Source: Nitrososphaerota archaeon (GTDB lineage Archaea > Thermoproteota > Nitrososphaeria > Nitrososphaerales > Nitrosopumilaceae). From it: a DNA stretch of 31,113 bases. The stretch spans positions 1 to 31,113 of the forward strand of contig JACZTB010000019.1 in assembly GCA_022573895.1 (NCBI GenBank), given 5' to 3'. Each line of letters begins with the position of its first letter. The first letter of the stretch is position 1. The notes beneath the pieces are model-generated. The model made no database searches. It saw only the letters and a program-made list of their open reading frames with translations, and was not told the DNA's origin. The position numbers and the translations under genes were made by a program. Below, piece by piece: positions 8,497 through 16,405 of the stretch.

Positions 8497-8949
8497 ATGG
8501 CAAAGGTATACGATGTACCATCGGATAAATTGATAGGAAGACTTGCAGCTATTCTAAAGAATGAAGATATTCCTGCACCTTCATGGATTCCATTTGTCAA
8601 AACTGGGGCTCATGCTGATAAACCACCACAAGACAGAGAATGGTGGCATACTAGATGTGCATCATTGATGAGAAAAATTTACCTTAATGGTCCTATTGGA
8701 ATTAATGAATTAAGAAATGAATATGGTGGTGGTAGACCATCTGGATATGGGGCTGCTCACCACAAAGATGCTAGCGGTGCAATTATTCGTAATGCCCTTC
8801 ATGGATTGGAAAAACTTGGCTATATAGAAAAAATTGAGAAGAAAGGCCGTATTATTTCCAAACAAGGAATGCAAAAACTCGATAGACTAGCAACAGAAAT
8901 TCTTAAAGAACTAATTGTAGAAAATCCTCAATTGAAAGTATACACTTAG
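8497..8949 (+). CDS. rps19e: 30S ribosomal protein S19e (eS19)
   Basis: MAKVYDVPSDKLIGRLAAILKN..PSWIPFVKTGAHADKPPQDREWWHTRCASLMRKIY..GGGRPSGYG...ALHGLEKLGYIE has the typical eS19 sequence and length. Confidence 0.93.
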   Translation: MAKVYDVPSDKLIGRLAAILKNEDIPAPSWIPFVKTGAHADKPPQDREWWHTRCASLMRKIYLNGPIGINELRNEYGGGRPSGYGAAHHKDASGAIIRNALHGLEKLGYIEKIEKKGRIISKQGMQKLDRLATEILKELIVENPQLKVYT

Positions 8950-8956
8950 ATTTAAA

Positions 8957-9304
8957 ATGAGTTTTCCAAATCCTGATGAATCAGAATTTCATGGACATTC
9001 CCATAATGATGGAACAGAACCTCATTCCCATGATGGTTCAGAACCTCATGAACATTCACATAGTGAGGCAGAAATTTCAGCACAAAAAGAACAGATTCTA
9101 AAACAGATTCTTACATCAGAAGCTAGAATGAGATTAAACAATATCAAAATGGTAAAACCAGAATTAACTAATCTTGTAGAACAATATCTTATTGGTATGG
9201 CAACTCAAAGAAAGATCCCTGCTCAAATTACTGATGATCAACTAAAGCAAATATTACTCTCTATTCAACAACCAAAACGCGATTTTAAGATAAATCGGAT
9301 CTGA
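8957..9304 (+). CDS. PDCD5/TFAR19-like DNA-binding protein with His-rich N-terminal extension
   Basis: The core EQILKQILTSEARMRLNNIKMVKPELTNLVEQYLIGMA...ITDDQLKQILLSI matches the archaeal PDCD5-like family. The N-terminus FHGHSHNDGTEPHSHDGSEPHEHSHSE is an H-x-H-rich tract. Confidence 0.8.
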   Translation: MSFPNPDESEFHGHSHNDGTEPHSHDGSEPHEHSHSEAEISAQKEQILKQILTSEARMRLNNIKMVKPELTNLVEQYLIGMATQRKIPAQITDDQLKQILLSIQQPKRDFKINRI

Positions 9305-9345
9305 TCCAGAGAAAATATAATTATGGGAAAAAAGTTGATGTAGTC

Positions 9346-10422
9346 ATGAAAGCAGTAGTTTACACTGAATACGCACAAGATGATAATTTTGCTAAAATCC
9401 TCAAAGTCCAAGATATAGATGATCCAAAACCAAAAGCAGATGAAGTAGTGTTCACAGTAAAATCTACTTCTATAAATTATAACGATATTTGGGGAATGAG
9501 AGGAGATCCAGTTCCTGTTCCATTACCACACGTGTCAGGTTCTGATGCAGCAGGAGATGTAACAGCAGTAGGTGACGATGTTAAAAATATCAAAGTTGGA
9601 GACAAAGTAGTTTCTCATTCTAACATGTCATGCAGAGTTTGTAAAGCGTGTACTGATGGTAGAGAATTTGATTGTCTTAAGAGAACTATTTGGGGATTCC
9701 AGACTGGTCCAAATTGGGGAGCCTTTTCTGAAATAACTCATTTACCAGAAGTTAATGTAGCAAAAATTCCAGAAGGATTATCATATGATGAAGCAGCCGC
9801 TGCATCAATGACTTTACTGACATCATGGCACATGTTAGTTGGAAGAGCCAAAATTACACCAGGGCAAACTGTCTTGATTATGGGTGGTGGTTCTGGAGTA
9901 GGTAGCTTTGGTATTCAAATTGCAAAACTATACAATTGTGATGTTATTGCAACAGCAAGTCCGGATAAACTAGACAAATGTCTAAAACTTGGAGCAGATT
10001 ATGCAGTAGATCATAGAAAAGAAGATTGGCATAAAGAAGTTAGGGCAATTACAAAAGGAATTGCAAAGAAGAAAGGTGAAGCACCAGGAATTGATGTCTC
10101 CTTTGATCACATTGGTGAAACACACTGGAATAAACAACTAACCTTACTCAAATATGGTGCAACTCTTGTTTCATGCGGTGCAACAACTGGATACAATGCC
10201 CAAACTGATCTAAGACATGTCTTCTTTAAAGGAACTAATATCTTAGGTTCAACACAAGGAACAAAAGCTGAGCTTGAACAAGGTCTTTACTGGATGGGTC
10301 AAGGCAAAATCAAAGCAACAATTGATTCAACCTATACCTTTGAACAAGCCGCAGAGGCTCACACAAAGATGTTAACTGGAAGCCTCTTTGGCAAAGTCTT
10401 ATTGAAGCCAGAAGGCGTTTAG
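9346..10422 (+). CDS. Medium-chain (zinc-type) dehydrogenase/reductase, enoyl-CoA (crotonyl/acryloyl-CoA) reductase-like
   Basis: GroES-like N-domain with SINYNDIWGMRGDPVPVPLPHVSGSDAAGDV (the NYNDxW segment is typical of the Ccr-like subgroup). Rossmann motif LIMGGGSGVGSFGIQIAK. The substrate is not determinable from sequence. Confidence 0.75.
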   Translation: MKAVVYTEYAQDDNFAKILKVQDIDDPKPKADEVVFTVKSTSINYNDIWGMRGDPVPVPLPHVSGSDAAGDVTAVGDDVKNIKVGDKVVSHSNMSCRVCKACTDGREFDCLKRTIWGFQTGPNWGAFSEITHLPEVNVAKIPEGLSYDEAAAASMTLLTSWHMLVGRAKITPGQTVLIMGGGSGVGSFGIQIAKLYNCDVIATASPDKLDKCLKLGADYAVDHRKEDWHKEVRAITKGIAKKKGEAPGIDVSFDHIGETHWNKQLTLLKYGATLVSCGATTGYNAQTDLRHVFFKGTNILGSTQGTKAELEQGLYWMGQGKIKATIDSTYTFEQAAEAHTKMLTGSLFGKVLLKPEGV

Positions 10423-10429
10423 TCATTTA

Positions 10430-11290
10430 ATGACACAGCTTTTTCGTAGCCTCATTTTTGTTCCCGGAAATAATTCAAGATTTCTTGAAAAAGCCAAAAA
10501 GCTACATGCTGACATTGTTTGTTTTGATCTAGAAGATTCTGTTCCAAACAATGAAAAGACAAATGCAAGGAAACTAATCAAATCTGCATTAAAATCTTAC
10601 AAATCATATGAATCTTCAATTTTTGTTCGTACTAATTCTCCAGCATCTGAAGAAATTCCTTCTGATCTTAAAGAAGTAGTTCAAAAAGGTATTGATGGAA
10701 TAGTTATTCCTAAAGTAAATAATATTAGAGATATGAAAAAAATTGAAAAAATCTTATCTAGATTAGAAAAGACGCGAAAACTAAAACCGATCCAAATAAT
10801 TCCTTCTATTGAATCTGCAGAGGGAGTAGTTAACATGTTTAGTATTGCATCTTTTGGAAAAAGAGTTTCTGCAGTAGTCTTTGGTGTTTTTGATCTGCTA
10901 AATGATCTAGGAGTTGAATATTCAAAGGAATCAGAAGGAGCCAAGTATTCAAGAGCAAAAATTCCTGTTGATGCACATGCAGCTGGAGTTGTAGCAATAG
11001 ATGCAATTTGGCAGGATCTTAAAGACTCTAAAGGATTAGAAAAAGATTGTAAAATTGGCAAAAGTCTTGGGTATTCTGGAAAAAGTATCATACATCCAGA
11101 TCAAATTTCTGTTGTACACAAATTGTTTCACCCAAACAAAAGTGAAATTTTGTGGGCCAGAAAAATCTGCAAAGTCTATCTTGAATCAACAAAAAAAGGA
11201 AAGGGTGCAACAACAGTTGATGGAAAAATGATAGATGAAGTACATTTTAAGCAAGCAAAAGCACTTCTTAAACTTGTAAAACAATCATGA
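10430..11290 (+). CDS. HpcH/HpaI aldolase / citrate lyase beta (CitE)-like acyl-CoA lyase
   Basis: The N-terminus FRSLIFVPGNNSRFLEKAKKLHADIVCFDLEDSV and the later SIESAEG..GYSGKSIIHPDQI are characteristic of the CitE/malyl-CoA lyase family. Confidence 0.8.
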   Translation: MTQLFRSLIFVPGNNSRFLEKAKKLHADIVCFDLEDSVPNNEKTNARKLIKSALKSYKSYESSIFVRTNSPASEEIPSDLKEVVQKGIDGIVIPKVNNIRDMKKIEKILSRLEKTRKLKPIQIIPSIESAEGVVNMFSIASFGKRVSAVVFGVFDLLNDLGVEYSKESEGAKYSRAKIPVDAHAAGVVAIDAIWQDLKDSKGLEKDCKIGKSLGYSGKSIIHPDQISVVHKLFHPNKSEILWARKICKVYLESTKKGKGATTVDGKMIDEVHFKQAKALLKLVKQS

Positions 11291-11991
11291 TTGATCTTCT
11301 TGATTCTACAAATGTAATTACTAGGATGTTTAATTCTGGACAATATGATGATATGTACAATTATTGTAAAAATTTACTTGAAAAAATTCCAAATGATATG
11401 GTTGCACTGCAGAATATTTCTTTATCTTTGATATATTTAAAAAAATATGAAGAATCTATTGTTTATTGTGACAAAGTTCTAAAAATAAAAAATTCAGATA
11501 CTTATGCACTAAAAAATAAGATTTATGCTCTAGAAAGTTTGAAACAATATGAAAAAGTTCTAAAATTGTGCAAACAAATTCTTTCTAAAAATTCTAGAGA
11601 TGCTTGGGCTCTAAACAGTATGGGATTATCTCTAAATGAACTAAATCGACATCAAGAAGCACTTGAATATTATGATAAATCTCTCGAAATAGATCTAGAC
11701 GATGTTACTGCTTTGATGAATAAAGCTATTTCCTTTAGTCATTTAGGTAACTACAAAGATGCAATAGACTATTACGATAAAGCCCAAACGATTGATTCAA
11801 GTCTAAAAGAAGCATCAATTACAAAATCACGATTATTTGAAAAATTGGGTATGGAAGATGATGCATTTTTGGCAGCACAAGGCGTACTTAACAAAGAAAT
11901 GGAAAAAATCAAGATGAATGCCAAAAAAAATAATTGTTCTGTTTTTCATCAATTTTGTGAAGATGAATTTGAAAAGTATGATTCCAAATAA
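11287..11991 (+). CDS. TPR-repeat protein
   Basis: Its ATG overlaps the CitE-like stop (ATGA). It contains repeated 34-aa units with the A..Y/ALxxxG..eEAlxxyDKaLeid pattern (for example HQEALEYYDKSLEIDLDD and YKDAIDYYDKAQTIDSS). Confidence 0.8.
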   Translation: MIDLLDSTNVITRMFNSGQYDDMYNYCKNLLEKIPNDMVALQNISLSLIYLKKYEESIVYCDKVLKIKNSDTYALKNKIYALESLKQYEKVLKLCKQILSKNSRDAWALNSMGLSLNELNRHQEALEYYDKSLEIDLDDVTALMNKAISFSHLGNYKDAIDYYDKAQTIDSSLKEASITKSRLFEKLGMEDDAFLAAQGVLNKEMEKIKMNAKKNNCSVFHQFCEDEFEKYDSK

Positions 11992-12046
11992 TTACTTCTG
12001 ATATTGATCAAAATAATTTTATACATAGAATTTATATCAATTTTTG

Positions 12047-12631
12047 ATGTTTACAGGAATTATAGAAGGAATTGGTAAGGTAGAAAAGATTTCCAAAAAT
12101 ACAAAAAATAGGAGTGCTATTCAAATGACTGTAAATCTAGGAAAATATGCTAAGGGATTAAAAATTGGACAAAGTGTTGCTCTTAATGGAGTTTGTCTTA
12201 CTGTAACAAAACTATCAAAATCTAGTTGTATTTTTGAAATGATTGAAGAAACTACAAAAAAAACTGATCTTGGAAATCTAAAGGTTGGTGGAATTGTAAA
12301 CATTGAACGAAGTTTAAAGGTAGGTGATAGACTGGAAGGACATTTTGTTTTAGGTCATGTCGACGGAGTGGGAACAATTAAAAAAATTCTAAAAAAACCT
12401 AAAGAAGTTCAAGTTTGGTTTGAAGTTCCAAAAAAACTATCAAAATATGTAGTGAAAAAAGGTTCTATTGCTATAGATGGAATCAGTTTTACTATTGTTG
12501 ATATTAAAAACACTCTTGCAACAGTGTCAATAATTCCTCATACTATTAACGTTACAAACTTTCGCACCAAAAAAGTGAGCGACAAAGTTAATATTGAAAT
12601 TGATATTCTTGGAAAATATATTCTAAAATAA
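12047..12631 (+). CDS. ribE: Riboflavin synthase, bacterial-type alpha chain (two lumazine-binding repeats)
   Basis: MFTGIIEGIGKVEKIS...SVALNGVCLTV...GDRLEGHFVLGHVDGVG...GSIAIDGISFTIV is the canonical MFTGI(I/V) family. The track start TTG 12044 immediately precedes ATG 12047. Confidence 0.92.
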   Translation: MFTGIIEGIGKVEKISKNTKNRSAIQMTVNLGKYAKGLKIGQSVALNGVCLTVTKLSKSSCIFEMIEETTKKTDLGNLKVGGIVNIERSLKVGDRLEGHFVLGHVDGVGTIKKILKKPKEVQVWFEVPKKLSKYVVKKGSIAIDGISFTIVDIKNTLATVSIIPHTINVTNFRTKKVSDKVNIEIDILGKYILK

Positions 12632-12709
12632 AGCCAATTATCTACCATTTTAGTGGTAATTACTACTTTTTTAGTAAACTATATAATTAGTTTGTAACAA
12701 TTTTTGTAT

Positions 12710-13375
12710 ATGTACCTTGAATCTGGATTAGAATCTCTAAAACGTGGAGAATTTATTCTATTGTTTGATTCAGCTGGACGAGAAAATGAAATTGATATGG
12801 TTGTAGCAGCAGAATTTATTACACCAGAACATATTGCAAGAATGCGTCAACATGCTGGTGGATTATTATGTATTGCAATAGATCATAATTTTGCAACATC
12901 GCTTGAATTAAGATATATGCATGAAATTCTTTCTGATTCTCCAATTTCAAACAAGGAAATGATTATGGGTTTAGCACCTTACGGTGATTATCCAACTTTT
13001 TCATTATCTGTAAATCATTATCAAACTTATACCGGAATTACTGACAAAGATAGAGCATTGACAATTAAAGAAATGGCAAATATCTTTAATGTTGAAAATA
13101 AACAGAAAAAATTTGCTTCATCTTTTAAAACTCCAGGTCATGTTCCTTTATTGATAGCATCCAAAGGAATGTTAGCTGCACGTCAAGGACATACTGAAAT
13201 GTCTGTTTATTTAGCTCAAATTGCAGGATTGACTCCAGTTACTGCAATTTGTGAAATGATGGATGCTGAAACATATAATGCACTTTCTGTAGATAAAGCA
13301 GAAAAATTTGCAAAACAAAATGGGTTTCCATTAATTGATGGGAAAGAACTTTTAGAATACGCTAAGGTGCATTAG
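12710..13375 (+). CDS. ribB: 3,4-dihydroxy-2-butanone 4-phosphate synthase
   Basis: GEFILLFDSAGRENEIDMVVAAEFITPEHIARMRQHAGGLLCIA...GHVPLL..GMLAARQGHTEMSV matches the DHBP synthase signature. ATG 12710 is preferred over the track's TTG 12704. Confidence 0.92.
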   Translation: MYLESGLESLKRGEFILLFDSAGRENEIDMVVAAEFITPEHIARMRQHAGGLLCIAIDHNFATSLELRYMHEILSDSPISNKEMIMGLAPYGDYPTFSLSVNHYQTYTGITDKDRALTIKEMANIFNVENKQKKFASSFKTPGHVPLLIASKGMLAARQGHTEMSVYLAQIAGLTPVTAICEMMDAETYNALSVDKAEKFAKQNGFPLIDGKELLEYAKVH

Positions 13376-13377
13376 TT

Positions 13378-13794
13378 TTGAATATTGCTATAGTGGTTTC
13401 GGAATTCAATGAAAAAGTGACATCTAGGATGCTTTCTGTAGCTCAAGAAAAAGCAAACTCGATGAAATTAAAAATAGTCTATACATGTAAGGTTCCAGGT
13501 GCCTTTGACATGCCTATTGTTATAGATGCATTATTGAAGAAAAAAGATGTTGATGGCGTAGTTACTTTAGGTGTGATAATTAAGGGCCAGACAAAACATG
13601 ATGAGGTGATCTCTCATTCTACTGCAAAATCCTTTATTGATTTATCCATAAAATACCAAAAACCTGTTTCTCTAGGAATATCCGGTCCTGGAATGCAGGA
13701 AAGGCATGCTTATGCTAGAATAAGACCAGTTGCTGAACGTGCCGTTGAAGCTGTTGTAAAAATCTCTAAAGAACTACAGAGGATCCAAAAGTGA
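13378..13794 (+). CDS. ribH: 6,7-dimethyl-8-ribityllumazine synthase
   Basis: IAIVVSEFNEKVTSRML...VPGAFDMPIVIDALLKK.DVDGVVTLGVIIKGQTKHDEVISH matches the lumazine synthase pattern. The TTG start lies 2 nt after the ribB stop. Confidence 0.9.
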   Translation: MNIAIVVSEFNEKVTSRMLSVAQEKANSMKLKIVYTCKVPGAFDMPIVIDALLKKKDVDGVVTLGVIIKGQTKHDEVISHSTAKSFIDLSIKYQKPVSLGISGPGMQERHAYARIRPVAERAVEAVVKISKELQRIQK

Positions 13795-14543
13795 TTCAAC
13801 TTAGCATCTTGAAAATTAGTGGATATGGTTCTTGGACATTGACATTAGGAAGTGATAGAGAGCATGAACTTCAAATGCTTCAAGCATCCCTTTACAAAGA
13901 AGTACAGAAACTATTTTCTGAAAAAAATTGTCTAGTTTTTCCTAATCGAGCAGATGAATTTTTTGTAGTTTCAAACGGGCTTGAGTTGGATGATCACATT
14001 CAAATCCAAAAAACACTCGAAAAATTATTTGATATACGTTTAACAATTTCTATCGGTTATGGTCAATCTCCATTTGAAGCAAACTTAAACGCATATGAAG
14101 GAAAGAAAAATGAAACCATCTTAAATAAAGAACACAATATTTTTGGTTTTGTTAATGGTAAATCTGACTTAAAAGTTACAATTATGCATTTAGATATAGA
14201 TGATCTTACTTCAAAAAGACAAACTAATTCTCCTTATGAGATTTCATTAATGATTTTTGAGCTATATTCAAAGATGTCAAAATTCTTTCTGGAAAAAAAT
14301 TCTCTTACCTTTTTTATGGGTGGTGATAACTTTATAGTAATTGCAAGTGATGATGCAAAAAATTCTGTACAGAATTTTATTGATATAATTAAAAGTGATG
14401 ACAAAATTTCTTTAAACTGTGGAATTGGTAATGGACATACTGCTAGAGAAGCAGTAAAACTAGCCACACAATCTCTTGATACTATACGAAAAATTCGTGA
14501 TTCAGGAAAGAAGAAACCTGAAGTTTATGAATTATCATGTTAA
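13791..14543 (+). CDS. arfA: GTP cyclohydrolase III (archaeal, FAPy-forming)
   Basis: MIQLSILKISGYGSWTLTLGSDREHELQMLQASLYKEV..LVF..RADEFFVVSNG...FFMGGDNFIV...CGIGNGHTAREA is colinear with MJ0145-type GCH III. The GTG start overlaps the ribH stop (GTGA). Confidence 0.88.
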   Translation: MIQLSILKISGYGSWTLTLGSDREHELQMLQASLYKEVQKLFSEKNCLVFPNRADEFFVVSNGLELDDHIQIQKTLEKLFDIRLTISIGYGQSPFEANLNAYEGKKNETILNKEHNIFGFVNGKSDLKVTIMHLDIDDLTSKRQTNSPYEISLMIFELYSKMSKFFLEKNSLTFFMGGDNFIVIASDDAKNSVQNFIDIIKSDDKISLNCGIGNGHTAREAVKLATQSLDTIRKIRDSGKKKPEVYELSC

Positions 14544-15727
14544 TTAAAAATCTAAGTATTTTATCAGGTCAAGAATTAAACTTTGTTTTAAATACTAATA
14601 TTAAAATTCAGAATAAAATATTTAAAAAAATTCAACCAGAAATTAGACCAAGTGTTAAAGAAGAATCTATAGATTGTGAAGGCCTTCTATTAATTCCAGG
14701 ATTCATCAATGCTCATACACACATAGGTGATTCCATTGGAAAAGATGTTTTACTTAACAATTCTGTTGATAAAAGAATTCATCCTGTATTCGGAGCCAAA
14801 TCTAAAATTCTAAAAAATACTTCTCAAGAAAACCTAGCTAATTTTATGAAAAACACATGTCATTCAATGATCAGAAAAGGGATTACCACATTTGTTGATT
14901 TTAGAGAAGGAGGATTAGATGGTGTTACTTTACTCAAAAAAGTATTATCCGATGTTCCTTTACGTTCAATTATCCTAGGTAGAGTTGAATTTTTTCAAGA
15001 ACACGCTGAAATCAGAAAAAACCTACCTTTTCCTAGAGAAAAAATTAAAGATCTTGCTAAGATTCTCAAAAAATCTGATGGAATTGGTATAAGTGGCGCA
15101 AATGAGAATAGCACATCAGTACTAAATTATTATTCAAAAACAACAAAACTTAGAGTTATACATTCCTCTGAAACGAGGCAAAGTGTTTCCACATCAAAGA
15201 AAATTACTGGAAAATCTGAGACAGTTCGAGCATTATCTCTAAAACCTCATTTTTTGATTCACATGACTTATGCTTCAAAAGGTGATCTTAATGCTGTGGC
15301 AAAGAGAACTAGAGGAATTGTAATCTGCCCAAGGGCTAACTCATCTCTAGCAGAGGGAATTCCAGACATAGAATTGATGCAAAAGGCAGGATGCACATTA
15401 GCTTTAGGTACGGATAATGTGATGATAAATTCTCCTGACATGTTTAGAGAAATGGATTTTCTTTGGAAAGTAACTATGGGAATTCACAAAAAAAGAATCG
15501 ATCCAAAAGAAATTCTTAAAATGGCTACAGTTAATGGAGGAAAGATTTTGAAAAAAAACATTGGAGTGATTGAAATTGGGAAAATTGCTGATTGTATTTT
15601 TCTTGACAAGCATGCATTAGATTTAGAACCAATGCACAATCCACATGCATCAATTGTTCATCGAGCATCAGAATCTGCAATCAAAGCTGTAATGATTGGA
15701 GGTAAAATCGTACATGGAAAAATCTAA
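14537..15727 (+). CDS. Amidohydrolase-superfamily enzyme, deaminase-type motif set (ATZ/TRZ / guanine-cytosine deaminase-like); candidate riboflavin-pathway deaminase or deformylase
   Basis: Motifs seen by eye are PGFINAHTHIGDS (HxH), VIHSSETRQ (HxxE), FLIHMTY (His) and LALGTDNV (Asp). The ATG overlaps the arfA stop by 7 nt (ATGTTAA). Its 3' end overlaps the reductase start by 14 nt. Confidence 0.8.
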   Translation: MLIKNLSILSGQELNFVLNTNIKIQNKIFKKIQPEIRPSVKEESIDCEGLLLIPGFINAHTHIGDSIGKDVLLNNSVDKRIHPVFGAKSKILKNTSQENLANFMKNTCHSMIRKGITTFVDFREGGLDGVTLLKKVLSDVPLRSIILGRVEFFQEHAEIRKNLPFPREKIKDLAKILKKSDGIGISGANENSTSVLNYYSKTTKLRVIHSSETRQSVSTSKKITGKSETVRALSLKPHFLIHMTYASKGDLNAVAKRTRGIVICPRANSSLAEGIPDIELMQKAGCTLALGTDNVMINSPDMFREMDFLWKVTMGIHKKRIDPKEILKMATVNGGKILKKNIGVIEIGKIADCIFLDKHALDLEPMHNPHASIVHRASESAIKAVMIGGKIVHGKI

Positions 15728-16370
15728 ACCTTATGTAATTCTAAGTGCAGCAATATCCGTTGATGGAAAGATTGCTACTAGAACAGGTGATTCAAATCTA
15801 TCTTCAAAACAAGATAGAGTAAGACTTCATAAACTAAGATCTAAAGTAGATGCAATTCTTGTTGGAAAAAATACAGTTTTACTAGATAATCCTTTGTTAA
15901 CTGTACGATATACTAAAGGAAAAAATCCAATTAGAATAATTTTAGATTCTAAAGGTACTATATCTGAAAAATCAAAAATCCTACAAACAAGTTCTAAGAT
16001 TCCAACAATTATAGCTGTATCCGAAAAAATCAGTAAATCAAACTTTGATAAACTATGTAAATTTCCTGTGGATGTAATTATTGTTGGCAAAAATTCTGTG
16101 AATATAAAATTATTATTGAAAAAACTTTTCGATAAAAAAATTAATACAATACTTGTTGAAGGTGGTGGAACTGTTAACTGGGAATTTATCAAACATAATC
16201 TTTTTGATGAATTAATTATTACATTATCTCCATTTTTAATTGGAGGAAAAGATGCTATTTCTTTTGTTCAGGGACAAGGTTTTGAAAAAATTTCAAACTC
16301 ACCTAATCTCCGCCTTAAATCAATCACGAGGCTCAAAAATCACCTTGTTTTGTGTTATGTTAAGGTCTAA
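15714..16370 (+). CDS. arfC: 2,5-diamino-6-ribosylamino-4(3H)-pyrimidinone 5'-phosphate reductase (RibD C-terminal-domain type, archaeal)
   Basis: MEKSKPYVILSAAISVDGKIATRTGDSNLSS..D..RLHKLRSKVDAILVGKNTVLLDNPLLTVR...ILVEGGGTVNWEF is colinear with the MJ0671 family, which also begins MEKKPY. I therefore prefer ATG 15714 over the track's TTG 15696. Confidence 0.88.
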   Translation: MEKSKPYVILSAAISVDGKIATRTGDSNLSSKQDRVRLHKLRSKVDAILVGKNTVLLDNPLLTVRYTKGKNPIRIILDSKGTISEKSKILQTSSKIPTIIAVSEKISKSNFDKLCKFPVDVIIVGKNSVNIKLLLKKLFDKKINTILVEGGGTVNWEFIKHNLFDELIITLSPFLIGGKDAISFVQGQGFEKISNSPNLRLKSITRLKNHLVLCYVKV

Positions 16371-16405
16371 GTTATATACCTAATTTAAAATAAAATTACA
16401 AGAAA

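Noticed and set aside
10681-11091. Long antisense track ORFs. Examples: 10681-11091 (-), 15827-16192 (-), 16792-17115 (+), 18513-18860 (+), 18992-19306 (+), 19479-19853 (+), 21756-22115 (-), 22394-22669 (-), 26201-26518 (-) and 27893-28228 (+).
   Set aside because: Each lies wholly opposite a gene with a confident family assignment or a better coding pattern. Their translations are low-complexity (S/I/L/F-rich), which is typical of shadow ORFs in AT-rich genomes.
12632-12709. An FMN riboswitch ahead of ribB.
   Set aside because: At only 78 nt it is far shorter than an FMN element, and it lacks the conserved GGGG/CCC-rich junctions. It looks like a T-run terminator plus a TATA box.
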